Below, piece by piece: positions 11,914 to 23,453 of a stretch of 64,000 bases of DNA. The first letter of the stretch is position 1; every line of letters starts with the position of its first letter. Source of the DNA: Octopus bimaculoides (lineage: Eukaryota); NCBI RefSeq assembly GCF_001194135.2, contig NC_068985.1:31298748-31362747 (forward strand). Direction: 5' to 3'. A program made the translations under genes and the position numbers. The notes beneath the pieces were generated by a model. The model was not told the DNA's origin, did not search any database, and worked only from the letters and a program-made list of their open reading frames with translations.

Positions 11914-12130
11914 GGCAGTTTGGTGACGTTCTACAAAATAACTCGAATTATGTCTTGTTACTGTAATCGGTCTAAAACAGGAGGCAGGAGACACGTGTGA
12001 GAGATAAAAAGTGGGGGAAGGACGAATCGCAAAACAAGCTCTAGTTACGTTTCTGGCGGCAATCAGGTGACAAACTGGTCGGAAAAGCATGCGGTAGGTC
12101 ATTGTTCGCACGTGTTGGCCGATAACAAAT
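11914..12130 (-). promoter_or_regulatory. Putative MTHFD1 5' UTR / core promoter
   Basis: Locally CpG-richer, non-repetitive sequence immediately upstream of the ATG. CACGTG E-boxes at 11992-11997 and 12109-12114; TGACGT at 11924-11929. The TSS cannot be determined from sequence. Confidence 0.5.
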
Positions 12131-13054
12131 ATTTTCGATTGTATATAAACTTGTTTTAAGAATTGCTATCTTTCAACAAGATAGATACCAAGCTCAGCAT
12201 TATTTCTGTCACCCCTCACTATTTCAGAGAAGAAATTTGACTACAGGACCGGTGTAACGAAAGATATCACTATCAGCATTTCACAAGGTCACATAGCTTA
12301 CTTTTTCGTCAACGTCAACTCAGACATTTCAAGATTTGGTTAACGACACTGCAATTGATATACAGTCATTTTTTATGAGACATTTTACAATTTTAGGGTT
12401 TTATAGAAAATGTATGTACTAGTGTTTTTATTTCAGCTTGGGTTTGACATTTTTTAAAGTAGTGTACTCGATCCGAAAACAATAGGCCAAATCATTTTCA
12501 TCAAATTTTCTTGATGAATTTTGGAATATCCCTGAATATACTGTCTGAAATAAAAAAAATTTTCAAAATGGAAAATTCACTGTCCAATTTCTTTGTTGGA
12601 TACGCGAAAATCAGTATGGATACGTAAAAGCATGCGAAATATTATTTTAAACATCGGACATTAACAGTCTTTTTAGGTACCCGTTTTGGCGGAATTCTCG
12701 TTTAAAGCACCCCATTATTACTCATAACTTTATTTTTTTTGGAACGTTCTGAATATTTTTGTGAATTTGTGTTCTACACGCGGGGATTCATACGATTATG
12801 GAAAAAAAATTCTTTTAATTTTTTTAAACCCTTCCCCTCCTCACATAAGTCTTAAAAGTTTGTACAAATAGCCATACTAATATTTGAACACAATGCATAC
12901 ATACACATACTGAGAAAGATACAAGCGAAGTGATGAGTGAGTGAATAGTAACATTTATTAAATATTCTCGTAGATGTTGACCAAATATGTATGTATAGAG
13001 TTGTATGAAAAATGTGTATAGGTAATCTTATACTATAGCGACGAAAATTACCAA

Positions 13055-13204
13055 GGCGGAGGTAAAGGACATGGATCACACCCCCGTTGAAATACCGATT
13101 TTTCTTTTTTGCAGATTCGGAATCTCCGCAGTCGAAAAAGTGGGTTTCTGTAGGGGACCCCCCCCCCCCCAAATAGGGTGTGGTCCATGTCCTTTACCTC
13201 CGCC
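13055..13204. mobile_element. 150-bp MITE with ~28-bp TIRs and a 9-bp TSD (Mutator-like)
   Basis: GGCGGAGGTAAAGGACATGGATCACACC ... GGTGTGGTCCATGTCCTTTACCTCCGCC; flanks AATTACCAA / AATTATCAA (8 of 9 match). Confidence 0.75.
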
Positions 13205-14009
13205 AATTATCAACTTCATCCAAACCTTTCGATTTCTAGGAAATAGTGATTTTGCAAAAGGAAAGAGAAACTCTAATTTTTAATATATTTGTGTCTTCCT
13301 CGTTTTCCATAACATTTTCATTTTTCCCGCCTTTGCGAATTTTTTTTTTTAGAATAGGCACAGGAGCGGCTGTGTGGGGACTGGCAATTGGAGTACCGAC
13401 AGGCACTTCAGCTACTCTCTCGGGCAGGCAAATNNNNNNNNNNNNNNNNNNNNNNNNNNNNNNNNNNNNNNNNNNNNNNNNNNNNNNNNNNNNNNNNNNN
13501 NNNNNNNNNNNNNNNNNNNNNNNNNNNNNNNNNNNNNNNNNNNNNNNNNNNNNNNNNNNNNNNNNNNNNNNNNNNNNNNNNNNNNNNNNNNNNNNNNNNN
13601 NNNNNNNNNNNNNNNNNNNNNNNNNNNNNNNNNNNNNNNNNNNNNNNNNNNNNNNNNNNNNNNNNNNNNNNNNNNNNNNNNNNNNNNNNNNNNNNNNNNN
13701 NNNNNNNNNNNNNNNNNNNNNNNNNNNNNNNNNNNNNNNNNNNNNNNNNNNNNNNNNNNNNNNNNNNNNNNNNNNNNNNNNNNNNNNAAACCTGGTGGTC
13801 GTATGCCTATCCTTCAGGAAAGCCATCACAAATTGCATCTGTAATGAGCAATGCTTTAATCGAACATTGTAAATATAATCAAATTAGTATTGTATATTTA
13901 AAATTGTAAATATTTAATCGATACAGCTACTTCACCCCTTTTATGTTTGTCTGTCCTTGTTCGTCCCCTCTTTGTAATGCCTTTATGGCAGATATTTATG
14001 AAATAAAGT

Positions 14010-14388
14010 AGCTTGCTTACCAACCACATGGTTCCGGGTTCGGTCCCACTTCGTGGTACCTTGGGCAAGTGTCTTCTACTATAGCCTCGGGCCGACCAAA
14101 GCCTTGTGAGTGGATTTGGTAGGCGAAAACTGAAAGAAGCCCGTTGTATGTGTATATATGTATATATTTATATACATATATATGTATGTTTGTGCATCTG
14201 TTCGTCCCCTCAGTGTCGCTTGACAACCGATGCTGGTGAGTTTACGTTTCCGTAACGTAGCGGTTCGGCAAAAGTCACCGATAGAATAAGTTCTAGGCTT
14301 ACAAAGAATAAGTCCTGGGTCGATTTGCTCCACTAAAGGCGGTGCTCCAGTATGGCTACAGTTAAATAACTGAAACAAATAAAAGAAA
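14010..14388 (+). mobile_element. tRNA-derived composite SINE (CORE-like CCTTGGGCAAG domain, central microsatellite, second module)
   Basis: Head CCACATGGTTCCGGGTTCGGTCCCAC, then CCTTGGGCAAGTGTCTTCTACTATAGCC, then (TA/TG)n, then GATAGAATAAGT..CTGGGGTCGATTTG. Other copies: 8757-8935+, 9872-10165+, 31720-31950+, 41585-41870+, 41880-42215-, 42850-43000-, 47480-47800+, 60770-60920-. The family assignment (octopus OR-type CORE-SINE) is from recall. Confidence 0.75.
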
Positions 14389-14647
14389 ATCGTGGAGTTT
14401 ATGATAATGTAAAAATAAATATTTAAAAATATCCTTTTAGATAATCGTAGTTGTTTTGAAAAATGTTTGGTCAATATAAAGATCTTCACCCGTTAACGAC
14501 AGTAAAAAAACCCCAAAAATACCCAGCCTGCTGGGTGTTAACAACTGTAGAAATCGAATAGGATCAGAATCATCTTAAGCACAGATTTTTTAATTAATTT
14601 TTTTCAACTAAACACTTTGAAACTTCGGATATTGGTTGAATGTGTCA

Positions 14648-14897
14648 CGTAGAAAAGATCTCGTAAGGATATCGGTACTGCTAAATCAGCGCGGACCCGA
14701 ACGCGCTAGCTAGTCTTGAGTGGTCGATCCTATCCCTAACCCTAACCCTGTCCCTAACCCTAAACCTATCCCTAACCCGCGTGTGCAAATGAATACGTGT
14801 TTAGGGTTAGGATCGACCACTCACAACTAGCTAGCGCGACTGCGCGTTCGGGTCCGCGCTGCTTTAGTAGTACCAGGATATCTTATTTTTCTACGTA
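14648..14897. repeat. Foldback element with (CCCTAA)n / TTAGGG telomere-like repeats
   Basis: Inverted arms ~14648-14745 and ~14801-14897. CCCTAA at 14734, 14740, 14752, 14758 and 14770; TTAGGG at 14801. Confidence 0.8.
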
Positions 14898-15390
14898 TTT
14901 CGNNNNNNNNNNNNNNNNNNNNNNNNNNNNNNNNNNNNNNNNNNNNNNNNNNNNNNNNNNNNNNNNNNNNNNNNNNNNNNNNNNNNNNNNNNNNNNNNNN
15001 NNNNNNNNNNNNNNNNNNNNNNNNNNNNNNNNNNNNNNNNNNNNNNNNNNNNNNNNNNNNNNNNNNNNNNNNNNNNNNNNNNNNNNNNNNNNNNNNNNNN
15101 NNNNNNNNNNNNNNNNNNNNNNNNNNNNNNNNNNNNNNNNNNNNNNNNNNNNNNNNNNNNNNNNNNNNNNNNNNNNNNNNNNNNNNNNNNNNNNNNNNNN
15201 NNNNNNNNNNNNNNNNNNNNNNNNNNNNNNNNNNNNNNNNNNNNNNNNNNNNNNNNNNNNNNNNNNNNNNNNNNNNNNNNNNNNNNNNNNNNNNNNNNNN
15301 NNNNNNNNNNNNNNNNNNNNNNNNNNNNNNNNNNNNNNNNNNNNNNNNNNNNNNNNNNNNNNNNNNNNNNNNNNNNNNNNNNNNNNNNNN

Positions 15391-15707
15391 AAATTATTTA
15401 AAATATAAAAATATAATTTTCAACAGAGAGAATTTATCAAAATAGAAAACAAATGAAGTTTGAAGTTTAAAAATAATAGGATTGACCACTCACGACTAGC
15501 TAGCGCGGACGCGCGAACTTTCGAGTAATAGATAGATAGATAGAGAGAGAGAGACAGACAGACATATAGCTCGCTCCGGCCAGTCATGGTATAAGCTGTC
15601 AGTAGCCAAAGAATCGACAGGCCAGCAACAGGCATGCAGGCAGACAGACAGATACTTCACTAGCAGTGAGCACTTTCACTTCTGACAGCTAATAGCATGA
15701 CAGTGCC
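15391..15707 (-). mobile_element. GGCAC-ended MITE arm, copy 3 (partner probably lies in the gap)
   Basis: Reverse complement of the copy 1 and copy 2 left arms over its full length to the gap. Confidence 0.8.
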
Positions 15708-16832
15708 ATTTTTTTTTATCCTATGATGGTCCATCCCAAGATTCTGAAAAAAATTGTTTGTAGTTTCAATTTTTCACCCCCACCTCCCAATTCTATGGCC
15801 TTGGCCTTCAAGCAGGCTATCCACATGCTAGAAATAACAGCTAAAACTGCGATAACGAAATATGTAATCAATCTACTCACCTTTCTGCAAAGAAATTTCC
15901 CGCAGTAATATGACAAAGTAATTCATGTGAAATTAAAGTTTATTTTTTTTGCTTTTTTTTTTGAAGTTACAAAAAATATGAGTGCAGAAAAAACAGCAAA
16001 CTCTTTTGAAAAAAAAAAAAAAAAAAAAGCAAAGAAATACTGTGACAAAGTGAAATTAAAGAGAATCATTTGACCAGCGGAACTGAAAATGGGCATATTT
16101 GCAATAAGCATGTTCAAACTAATCAGATTATAAGAAACGAAAACCCATATATTGTTCTCATTATTGAATATTAAGGCCGAGGAATTCGCAGAATCGTTGG
16201 AGCGTTGGGGAAAATACCTTATGGCATTGATGTGAGTTCAACTCACCGATGTCAACTTCATCTTTCCTCCTTCGGGTCGATAAAATAAACATATCTAAAC
16301 CCATTTTTTTCAAAATTGATGGCCTTGTACTCAAACTAGAAACAACTATGGAAAATACTCTAAAAACAATTATCAGAAAGTTTAATTATTACTGTAATTA
16401 TTTGATTCGGATATATTTCAAAATTTCTCTGAAAAACAAAATCTGTTTAAGAAATCTTTCTCATTTATTTGAAATATTCTGGAGAAACTCTTGAAGAGTC
16501 GAAAATAGGAAAGTTTCAGAGGCGTGTGTCATCAGAATAAAGGTGGGAAGCAAAAACAGGATGGAGGTCTGGAATAGTTCGTCCTCACATAAGTTGGATT
16601 TTCTTCATTTTGACGGACATACTTCAAAATTTATTTGAATAGTTATGAATTTTTTTTTACCGCCGCCAACAAGAAAACGGAACTTTAATTATTCAAAGAA
16701 AGAAATTACAGTTATTTTTATGAAATAATGACCGACGCTATGGTGTAAGATTGCCATAAATGCAAGCATGGCTTCCGTCTGCTTCGGGACCAGCTAGAGT
16801 TTCGTCCCATTACATGGACACTGCCGGCGAGA

Positions 16833-18150
16833 TTAGTCCCGGACCAATCTCACCGCCAGTATGTCAGTTGCAATGCCTCTCCTAAGCGCCTCTTCTAAGT
16901 TCCTAACTAGGTTTCCTCCTATTCTATTTTTCTCTATTGCTAGTGCTTTGCTAAACCTAATCGATTCTATTCTAATTTCTCTTTTCATGGCGTACCACCA
17001 TTTGTTGTTGAGGATTAACCCCATTAACGCCCGCTTAATTAATTCGCTAATCCGGTTTCTTAAGCTTGGCACGCCGGGAGTGACGCGTCCAGTTACGGAT
17101 CCCTGCCTACGTAGTCTATCTAAGTCGGCCGTACAGATTACAAATTTGTGATCAGTATAGCCGACAATTTTAAAAAGTGGACATCTTATACTATCCTTAT
17201 CTATTGGTCTACAGAATATTCTATCTAGATAGGACCTGGATGACCCGATGCGGTTAGACCAGGTCCACATTAGCACATTCGGGAAAGGCAACAGGTACTT
17301 GTCAGACAGCTGAAAATGTCTTAGCAGGTTTGCGAGGCTTTTGCACCCACCTCTTCTCTTCGCTAGCCCCACAAGCACTAAAGGACAGGACGTTCTTAGG
17401 AAAACCTCCAGACGTCTGAAAAAGTCCGGCTGTCTTTCTGTCGGAGCATAAACAGCTACTAGTCTGAAGGCATGCCCGTCGCTACTGCTCACATCCAGGA
17501 CCACCAACTTACCTTCTGGGTCCAAGAAGATAGTCCTTAGCTTGAAATTCAGGTCTCTCCAGATTAACACCACCGTTCTACCTCCCATTCCCGGTTGACA
17601 TGGAGATAAATATATCTCGTATCCACCGAAGATGAGTATGAAAGCTTGTCAATCGGAGAGTCTGGTTTCACTGATAGCCACTACATCGACACTTAGTGAC
17701 CTGAGGTCGTTGAGTAGATGGTCTTGTTTCCAAGGTGACCCTGGCCATGTGCATTTATACTCCCTACTCTGAGCAGGGTCAAGTAAGATCAAAGTATAGA
17801 GGCGGAAGAGAGTACTTACTGTGATTTAGTTGGCGAGGAGGGGATGGATGTTCCGTCCTCATTGGTATGTGTGAAATTTTCCACGAGCAGATCTTTATAT
17901 AATCGTCTATTTATGTCTCTCTAGAAAGCCCCTACTCCTTCAGGATATTTATTTTGTTTTGATGATGTTATATGTGTTGTGATGTGTGTATGACTTAAAT
18001 ATGTGTTGATGTGTTGGTTCCCGGTGTGTGTGACGTCTGTATGGTTATATATGTGATCCATTAGTTTTTCATTGTTGGTGTCTATTGCTGTATAGTTCAA
18101 AATGTTTAAAATGTGATGGTAGTGATGGAGATATTTTTGTTGTTGACGGT
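16833..18150 (-). mobile_element. L1/Tx1-clade LINE fragment A: probable ORF1 tail plus ORF2 APE endonuclease, 3'-truncated
   Basis: LRVGSINAHG (~17770), DVVAISETRL, LVVLDV..FRLVAVYAP, SYLDRIF, YTDHKFV; frameshifts and stops present. Confidence 0.88.
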
Positions 18151-18299
18151 ATTACAGATGGAGAAGAACTAACAAGTTCCCCAAGGGCCTGCTTTGTTTA
18201 ACTAAGTAATAATAACAAATATACAGTGTATAATAATGTGTAACACTATGAATAACAGCAAAAATTACGGAGCGATGTGCAACACGTATCGATAGACAA

Positions 18300-21057
18300 A
18301 TAATTCTTTCTTTATTGGCCACCAGGGCCGAGCACAAACCATAGAGGACGATACACAGACGAGGGACAGTGAGGTTAAACGTGTAAACAGCCAACAAATA
18401 ACGATTAACAAAGAGATTAAATCAACAATATGCTTCCCCAATGGGGGTGGGGAGTTCCACCGTAAGGTGACAAAAGACATTTCACGCACTTTGGACCCCT
18501 TAACACCAAAGGCTTCTCAGGAAGGCACCCTCTCTTCTTTCTTCCATCCGGCATACAGGCACACACTTAGAGTAAGCCCATTCACGCGGGCCATTCTTGT
18601 CACATTCACCTACCTTTCAACGAACTTACCGGGTGATAGTACCTCCCTCTCCAGCCTCAATTTCCTTTTCAGATGGAACCTGAAAAAGTCAATGAGGTCT
18701 GGTTTCAATCGCGTCCACCACACACCCTCTTTTGCCATAGCCACCAGACAGAAAAATTGCTCTCCCTTCCCGGCCAAAGAAAGGAAGCGGGGCGATCTTC
18801 GCAATGGACTCGAACGATAACCGGATCCGTTCTACACGTCAGTAATGCGCGGACACTGTACGAGAGCATGCAGAGCGGTTTCATCGCTCCGCGTGCATCT
18901 CGGACAAACCCGACTGAATGCATATCCGTGTCTGTAGAGCTTATCTCGTACCGGTTGCACTGCCAAGCCAGGAATTTTTGGAAGTTAATAGCTCCCGGCC
19001 CGAAAGTCCTCCGGAAGAGACCAGCCAGTTGATCCTCTTCGACGCCCAGGACCTCTCCGAGTACGTCGTCGTTCTTGACCTCCACTGATCCCCTATAGAA
19101 CTACAAGGTGGAACTTCCACCAACCGCATTGCCTGACTGACCGAGAGCTGTGAGCGCTTGGAAACTCTAGGTGCTAAGTGCCCTCACTCGGTCAACACCT
19201 GATCCAGGACTGTAGTTCCGTCAAGGAAACGAGCTGCAGAAAAGCATGTTCAACAGACGGCGATCACACCTGCTTATCGTTAAGGTATCGCTGGAGATAT
19301 CGCAGTCTCAGCGAATGTCTGCGCATCCTCAGCCACGGCATGCCCAGTCCTCCACGCAACGGGTGCTAACAACAAATGGACCATCTGACAAGTGGTACCT
19401 GTCCCCTCCACAGGAAGCGGAAGAGCAAACGCACCAGCCCGTTCATCCACGAAACAGGGCAGGGAACGACAGTAAGGCGGTAGTATATGACGGATTCGAT
19501 GTACGCATTCGCCACCTCCGCCCGACCTTTCAGGGACAGCTTCCTTTCGGCCTATTTATGGGTGAGACTGGCTACCCTGTCTGTCACCTCGCCCCAGTTC
19601 TTGTTCACTTGGAAATACGGACCGAACCTGACCCCGAGCAACTTAACAGACCCTTCCGTCCAGCGCCCCACAACGCTTTCGGTTGGCATGGGTCTGCCTC
19701 TCCAGGTACCCAGCTGCAGGCCCACTGACTTCTCCTGGTTGACAATTGCTCCTATCACCGCTTCGTATTCCCTTAGGATAGTGTCGATCATCTCGATTTC
19801 CGAGATGTCCGACACTATCACGGTGACGTGGTCCATATACACCGACACGAACCTTCTGTATCCCAGTTCACGCGGGATGCCCCTCGAAACCTCCAGCTTC
19901 CGCAGTAACGGCTCGAGTGCCAGTACGTAGAGAAGGGGTGAGAGTGAGCATCCTTGACGGACCGAACGTGCGATACTAAATGATTCCGAGAGGTGGCCAT
20001 TTACTTTGACCACCGAACAGATGTCGCTGTACATCGCAGCAATCCAGCCTCTGAAAACGGGACCGAAACCAGCCGCCTTGAGGACAGCCTCCAAGTACAG
20101 ATGGTCGACTCTATCAAAAGCTTTCGATTGATCTAAATGGATCAGGGCCCCACTAATGCCAAGTTTTTTACCAACCCTCTCTATGATGTATCGCGTGTGT
20201 TGGAAGTTGTCGTGTATAGTTTTGCTGGGAATAGCGCAAGTCTGCGCATCACCCTCCAGTCTGTCAACGACTAGCGCCAACCTCTTTACTAACACCTTGG
20301 TTAAAATTTTGTAATATGTATTTAGTAGAGTTACTGTCCTAAAGTTATCAACAATGTCCCCCTTGTTCGGATGTTTTCTCAGTAGCGTCACCACACCTCG
20401 GCTCACAGATCCAGGTATTCTCCCATTCTGCTGCCAGTTGCAGCAGACGTTTCCCAAAAGCTGACTAAACAAGTCTGGCATATGTATATAAAGCTCGAAG
20501 GGCAGATCATCCAATCCCGGAGACCTCGCCCTCGTGCAACTAGCCAACGCGTCACGTGTATCTTCAGCTGTTATCGGCATTTCGCAGGACTCTACGTCCC
20601 TGGCCAAAAGCCGCGGCATACCATCAAGGTAGGAAGTGAAGTTCACCTCCGCCTCCAGGCCACCGCGCGTCCCGTAGAGTTCAGCAAAGTACCACTGAAA
20701 TTCCACACAAATCTGCTTCGACTCGTGTAACATGCGCCCATCCCGACCTCTCAAAGACCGAATTGTAGTTTTATTACCACGTTGCGCCTCGGCCACTTGG
20801 GCCCATCAAACGGCTTTCGTTCCCTCCTGCTTTAGAGCATGCGCCCTAGCTCTAACAATGCAACCTTCATGCTTGGTGTTGAAGAATTAGTTCAGAACCA
20901 ATCTCGCTGCCAGCACGTCGGTCGCCATGCCTCTACTGAGTGTCTTTTCTAATTTCCTAACTAGATCTCTCTCTACTCAAGTCATTCTAGTTCTCTAGTC
21001 TTCGCTAGTTCTCTGCTAAATTCTACAGTTTCTACTCTAATAGCCCGTTTTAGGGAC
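18300..21057 (-). mobile_element. L1/Tx1-clade LINE fragment B: 5'-truncated, RT plus CCHC domain and 3' UTR
   Basis: ORF 19552-20796 carries SPGLDDLPFELY, NFRTVTLLN, LDQSKAFDRVDH and SVRQGCSLSPLLY; YADD has decayed to YMDH. zf-RVT CPRCTRSDETALHALVQC (~18830-18890). AATAAA near 18312. Confidence 0.92.
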
Positions 21058-21542
21058 CAATAATAATAATAATAATTATCCTTTCTACTATAGGCACAAG
21101 GCCTGAAATTTTCGGGGAGTGGGTAATTAAAGTCAGTTTACTACATAGAGAGAACATCACTGGCATCTTAATGATGAAAATGGAAAATTTACAGTAAATC
21201 AACAAATGAAATAAAGAATAAGGCTGTCTATATTTATCTACACATACAGAAATGAAATATAATTGCGATTTATACTATAGATAAAGCGCACATCCCTCCC
21301 ACCCAAAATGTCTCAAAAAATCACTCCCTGTCCTATCTGCGAAGTTGGGGCAACCATAATGCACTAAATCTTTTTTTTTTTTTTTTCCCTGAATATGCAC
21401 TGCTGAAATCGAAATGTGTCAAATACACATGAGGTATTTTTATGTCATCAAACGGAGAGAGAGAGAGGGCTGGGAGTACTACCTAAGGGCAAATAACTCT
21501 AATAAACATTATAGTTATTTACCCTTCAATGTTCGGACAGCT

Positions 21543-21589
21543 ATGACGTCCATTATATCGGGATTTACTAAAAGTTTAATAAATCCAAG
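21543..21589 (+). CDS. MRPL40: MRPL40 coding exon 1 (predicted)
   Basis: ATG..CCAAG|GTAAAG gives the phase 2 required by exon 2; MTSIISGFTKSLINP(R). This exon rests on phase and composition rather than strong homology. Confidence 0.72.
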
Positions 21590-23413
21590 GTAAAGATCAT
21601 AGTATATATATAATACTCTCTTTAAAGACTTTTATTGATACTTTTCGTTTATCAGTCGAATCTTTAATTGTATTATTCTTTTGCTTTTGTAAAATTCATG
21701 GTGACAATAAACATGTTTCTATAATAGAATAGATTACGGTAATAATTTCTTTAATTGCCAACTCATGCCCCTTTATTTGTCAAAAAATATGCCCTTTAAA
21801 TTATTAATAATGATATTTTTAACGCAAAGATTGCAATTACAGTGCTTGTTATTTGATAAATATACGACCTTGAATGAACGCTGTGAATGTATGATGTCGC
21901 TAAAGCCAGGTCTGCAAATTAGATGGAAGGATTCATTCTTTTTCCTAATGTCATTGAAAATGACATAGACAGCAAATAATTCAGTTGCTTCTCTATAAAT
22001 CTGAGAGATCGTATCTGTTTAAGAAATTTGTAATTCCGACTCCTATAATAATGTATCTATTTGTAACTTAGCAGCAAGTACTTGATGTAAAGTACCTTAA
22101 TGGCATAATAACTTTTAGTGAATTAATTGAATATATAAATATATTGAGATCTCAATCAATTTCAACCATAGTATTAATGATTTTAGGAAGAGTGTTTATG
22201 ACTTTTCCACGTAATTTACTTTAATCTTAGTTTAAATTTTGATACAAAGCCAGCAACATCAGAGTAGATGTTAGTTGATTACATCGACTCTATTTGCTCG
22301 GCTCGTACTTTATCGAGCCCGAAAGAATGAAAGGCAAAGTCAAGCTTGGCGGAATTTGAACTCAGAACGTAAAGGGCCAGAAGAAATGCTGCTAAGTATT
22401 TTGTCCGACGTGCTCACGATTCTGTTGGTTCTTCGCTTTGCAATTTAGTTTAATCTTAAAAAAAAAAAAAACAGAATAAGATGAAGTTCAGTTTGTTAAA
22501 AAGACCGGAGAAAGACAACTAGCTTAATTCGAGAATATTAGAATTTAAAGAGAATTGCTGTAGGATTTCTCAATCATTATTGTCATCCAATAAACTTAGA
22601 CAATCGTATTTGAAATCATAGCAAGCAGCTTTCCTATCTTTGCAGCTGAGAGATATTAACCTCACTGACACGAATTTGTATGGGATTCGTGTTTTCTTAT
22701 ACCTATCTGTTGTTTAAGAACATGTCGACATGCTATATACTCTATCACAAGAAAATTTTCATAATACATACACACATTCTATCTGCTTGCATGCATGATT
22801 TTCGACGTTTCTTGACTGATAATAATAATTGGCTAATATCCTCGGATTTGTTAGTTTTCTCCAGTTCATTTGACAAATTAATCTCTTGGTCTGTTTTAAG
22901 CATTAAAATAAATTCTATGGAAACTTCATAAACTCTCTTCCTGTTAAATTCTTAGTATTGTATTTGAAATAGAGATCTTAATACTAAATGTTCTGTTAAG
23001 AAGTCCACAAAACGTAATCAGTCAAAATCTTCTCCTTCCAGACATCAATAATAGGTGCACACATATACTTGGACATGCACACAGGGGTGTATTTACACTG
23101 GTATTAAAGTGTACCGCAACAATACACAATGTAGTCAAGCACACTGATGCATGCTCACACTTCTGCTAGTATGTACATGTTTATAGACACATATAGGCAC
23201 AAATGCATTTACAAATCTTTACACACTCACATGTATGTATGTAAGTAAGTACGAAAGAGCTAGCCAATTTGCAAAGTAGTTACAATGTTAGATAGATTGT
23301 TTTGCAGTAATTACTCTGGTGCTCTGTGGTCTGTTAAAATCCTACTTATGTTAACTATGTCTTTCATCTATTTTGAGTTGGTTAAATTTTTCTCTTTTGC
23401 GCATTCTCCCTTC

Positions 23414-23453
<40 letters not shown>

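Noticed and set aside
13236-13909. Long ORFs in the track spanning 13434-13787 (likewise 14797-15408, 49271-50126, 53022-53611, 44374-44688, 9536-9814)
   Set aside because: Artefacts of translation through N gaps.
9245-15707. Single composite transposon (copy 1 left arm plus copy 3 right arm) capturing MTHFD1 exon 1
   Set aside because: The flanks (AAAAAAAA vs ATTTTTTT) are not a direct repeat, copy 1 has its own partial right arm, and downstream MTHFD1 exons are in place.
16249-16494. ORF MSTSSFLLRVDK as MRPL40 exon 1
   Set aside because: It lies in a SINE fragment (CCTTCGGGTCGATAAAATAAA domain) and offers no phase-2 donor; 21543-21589 fits better.
16740-16830. GTCC..GGGAC-GAAAC hammerhead-like stem II at the end of LINE fragment A
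   Set aside because: The CUGANGA core is absent.
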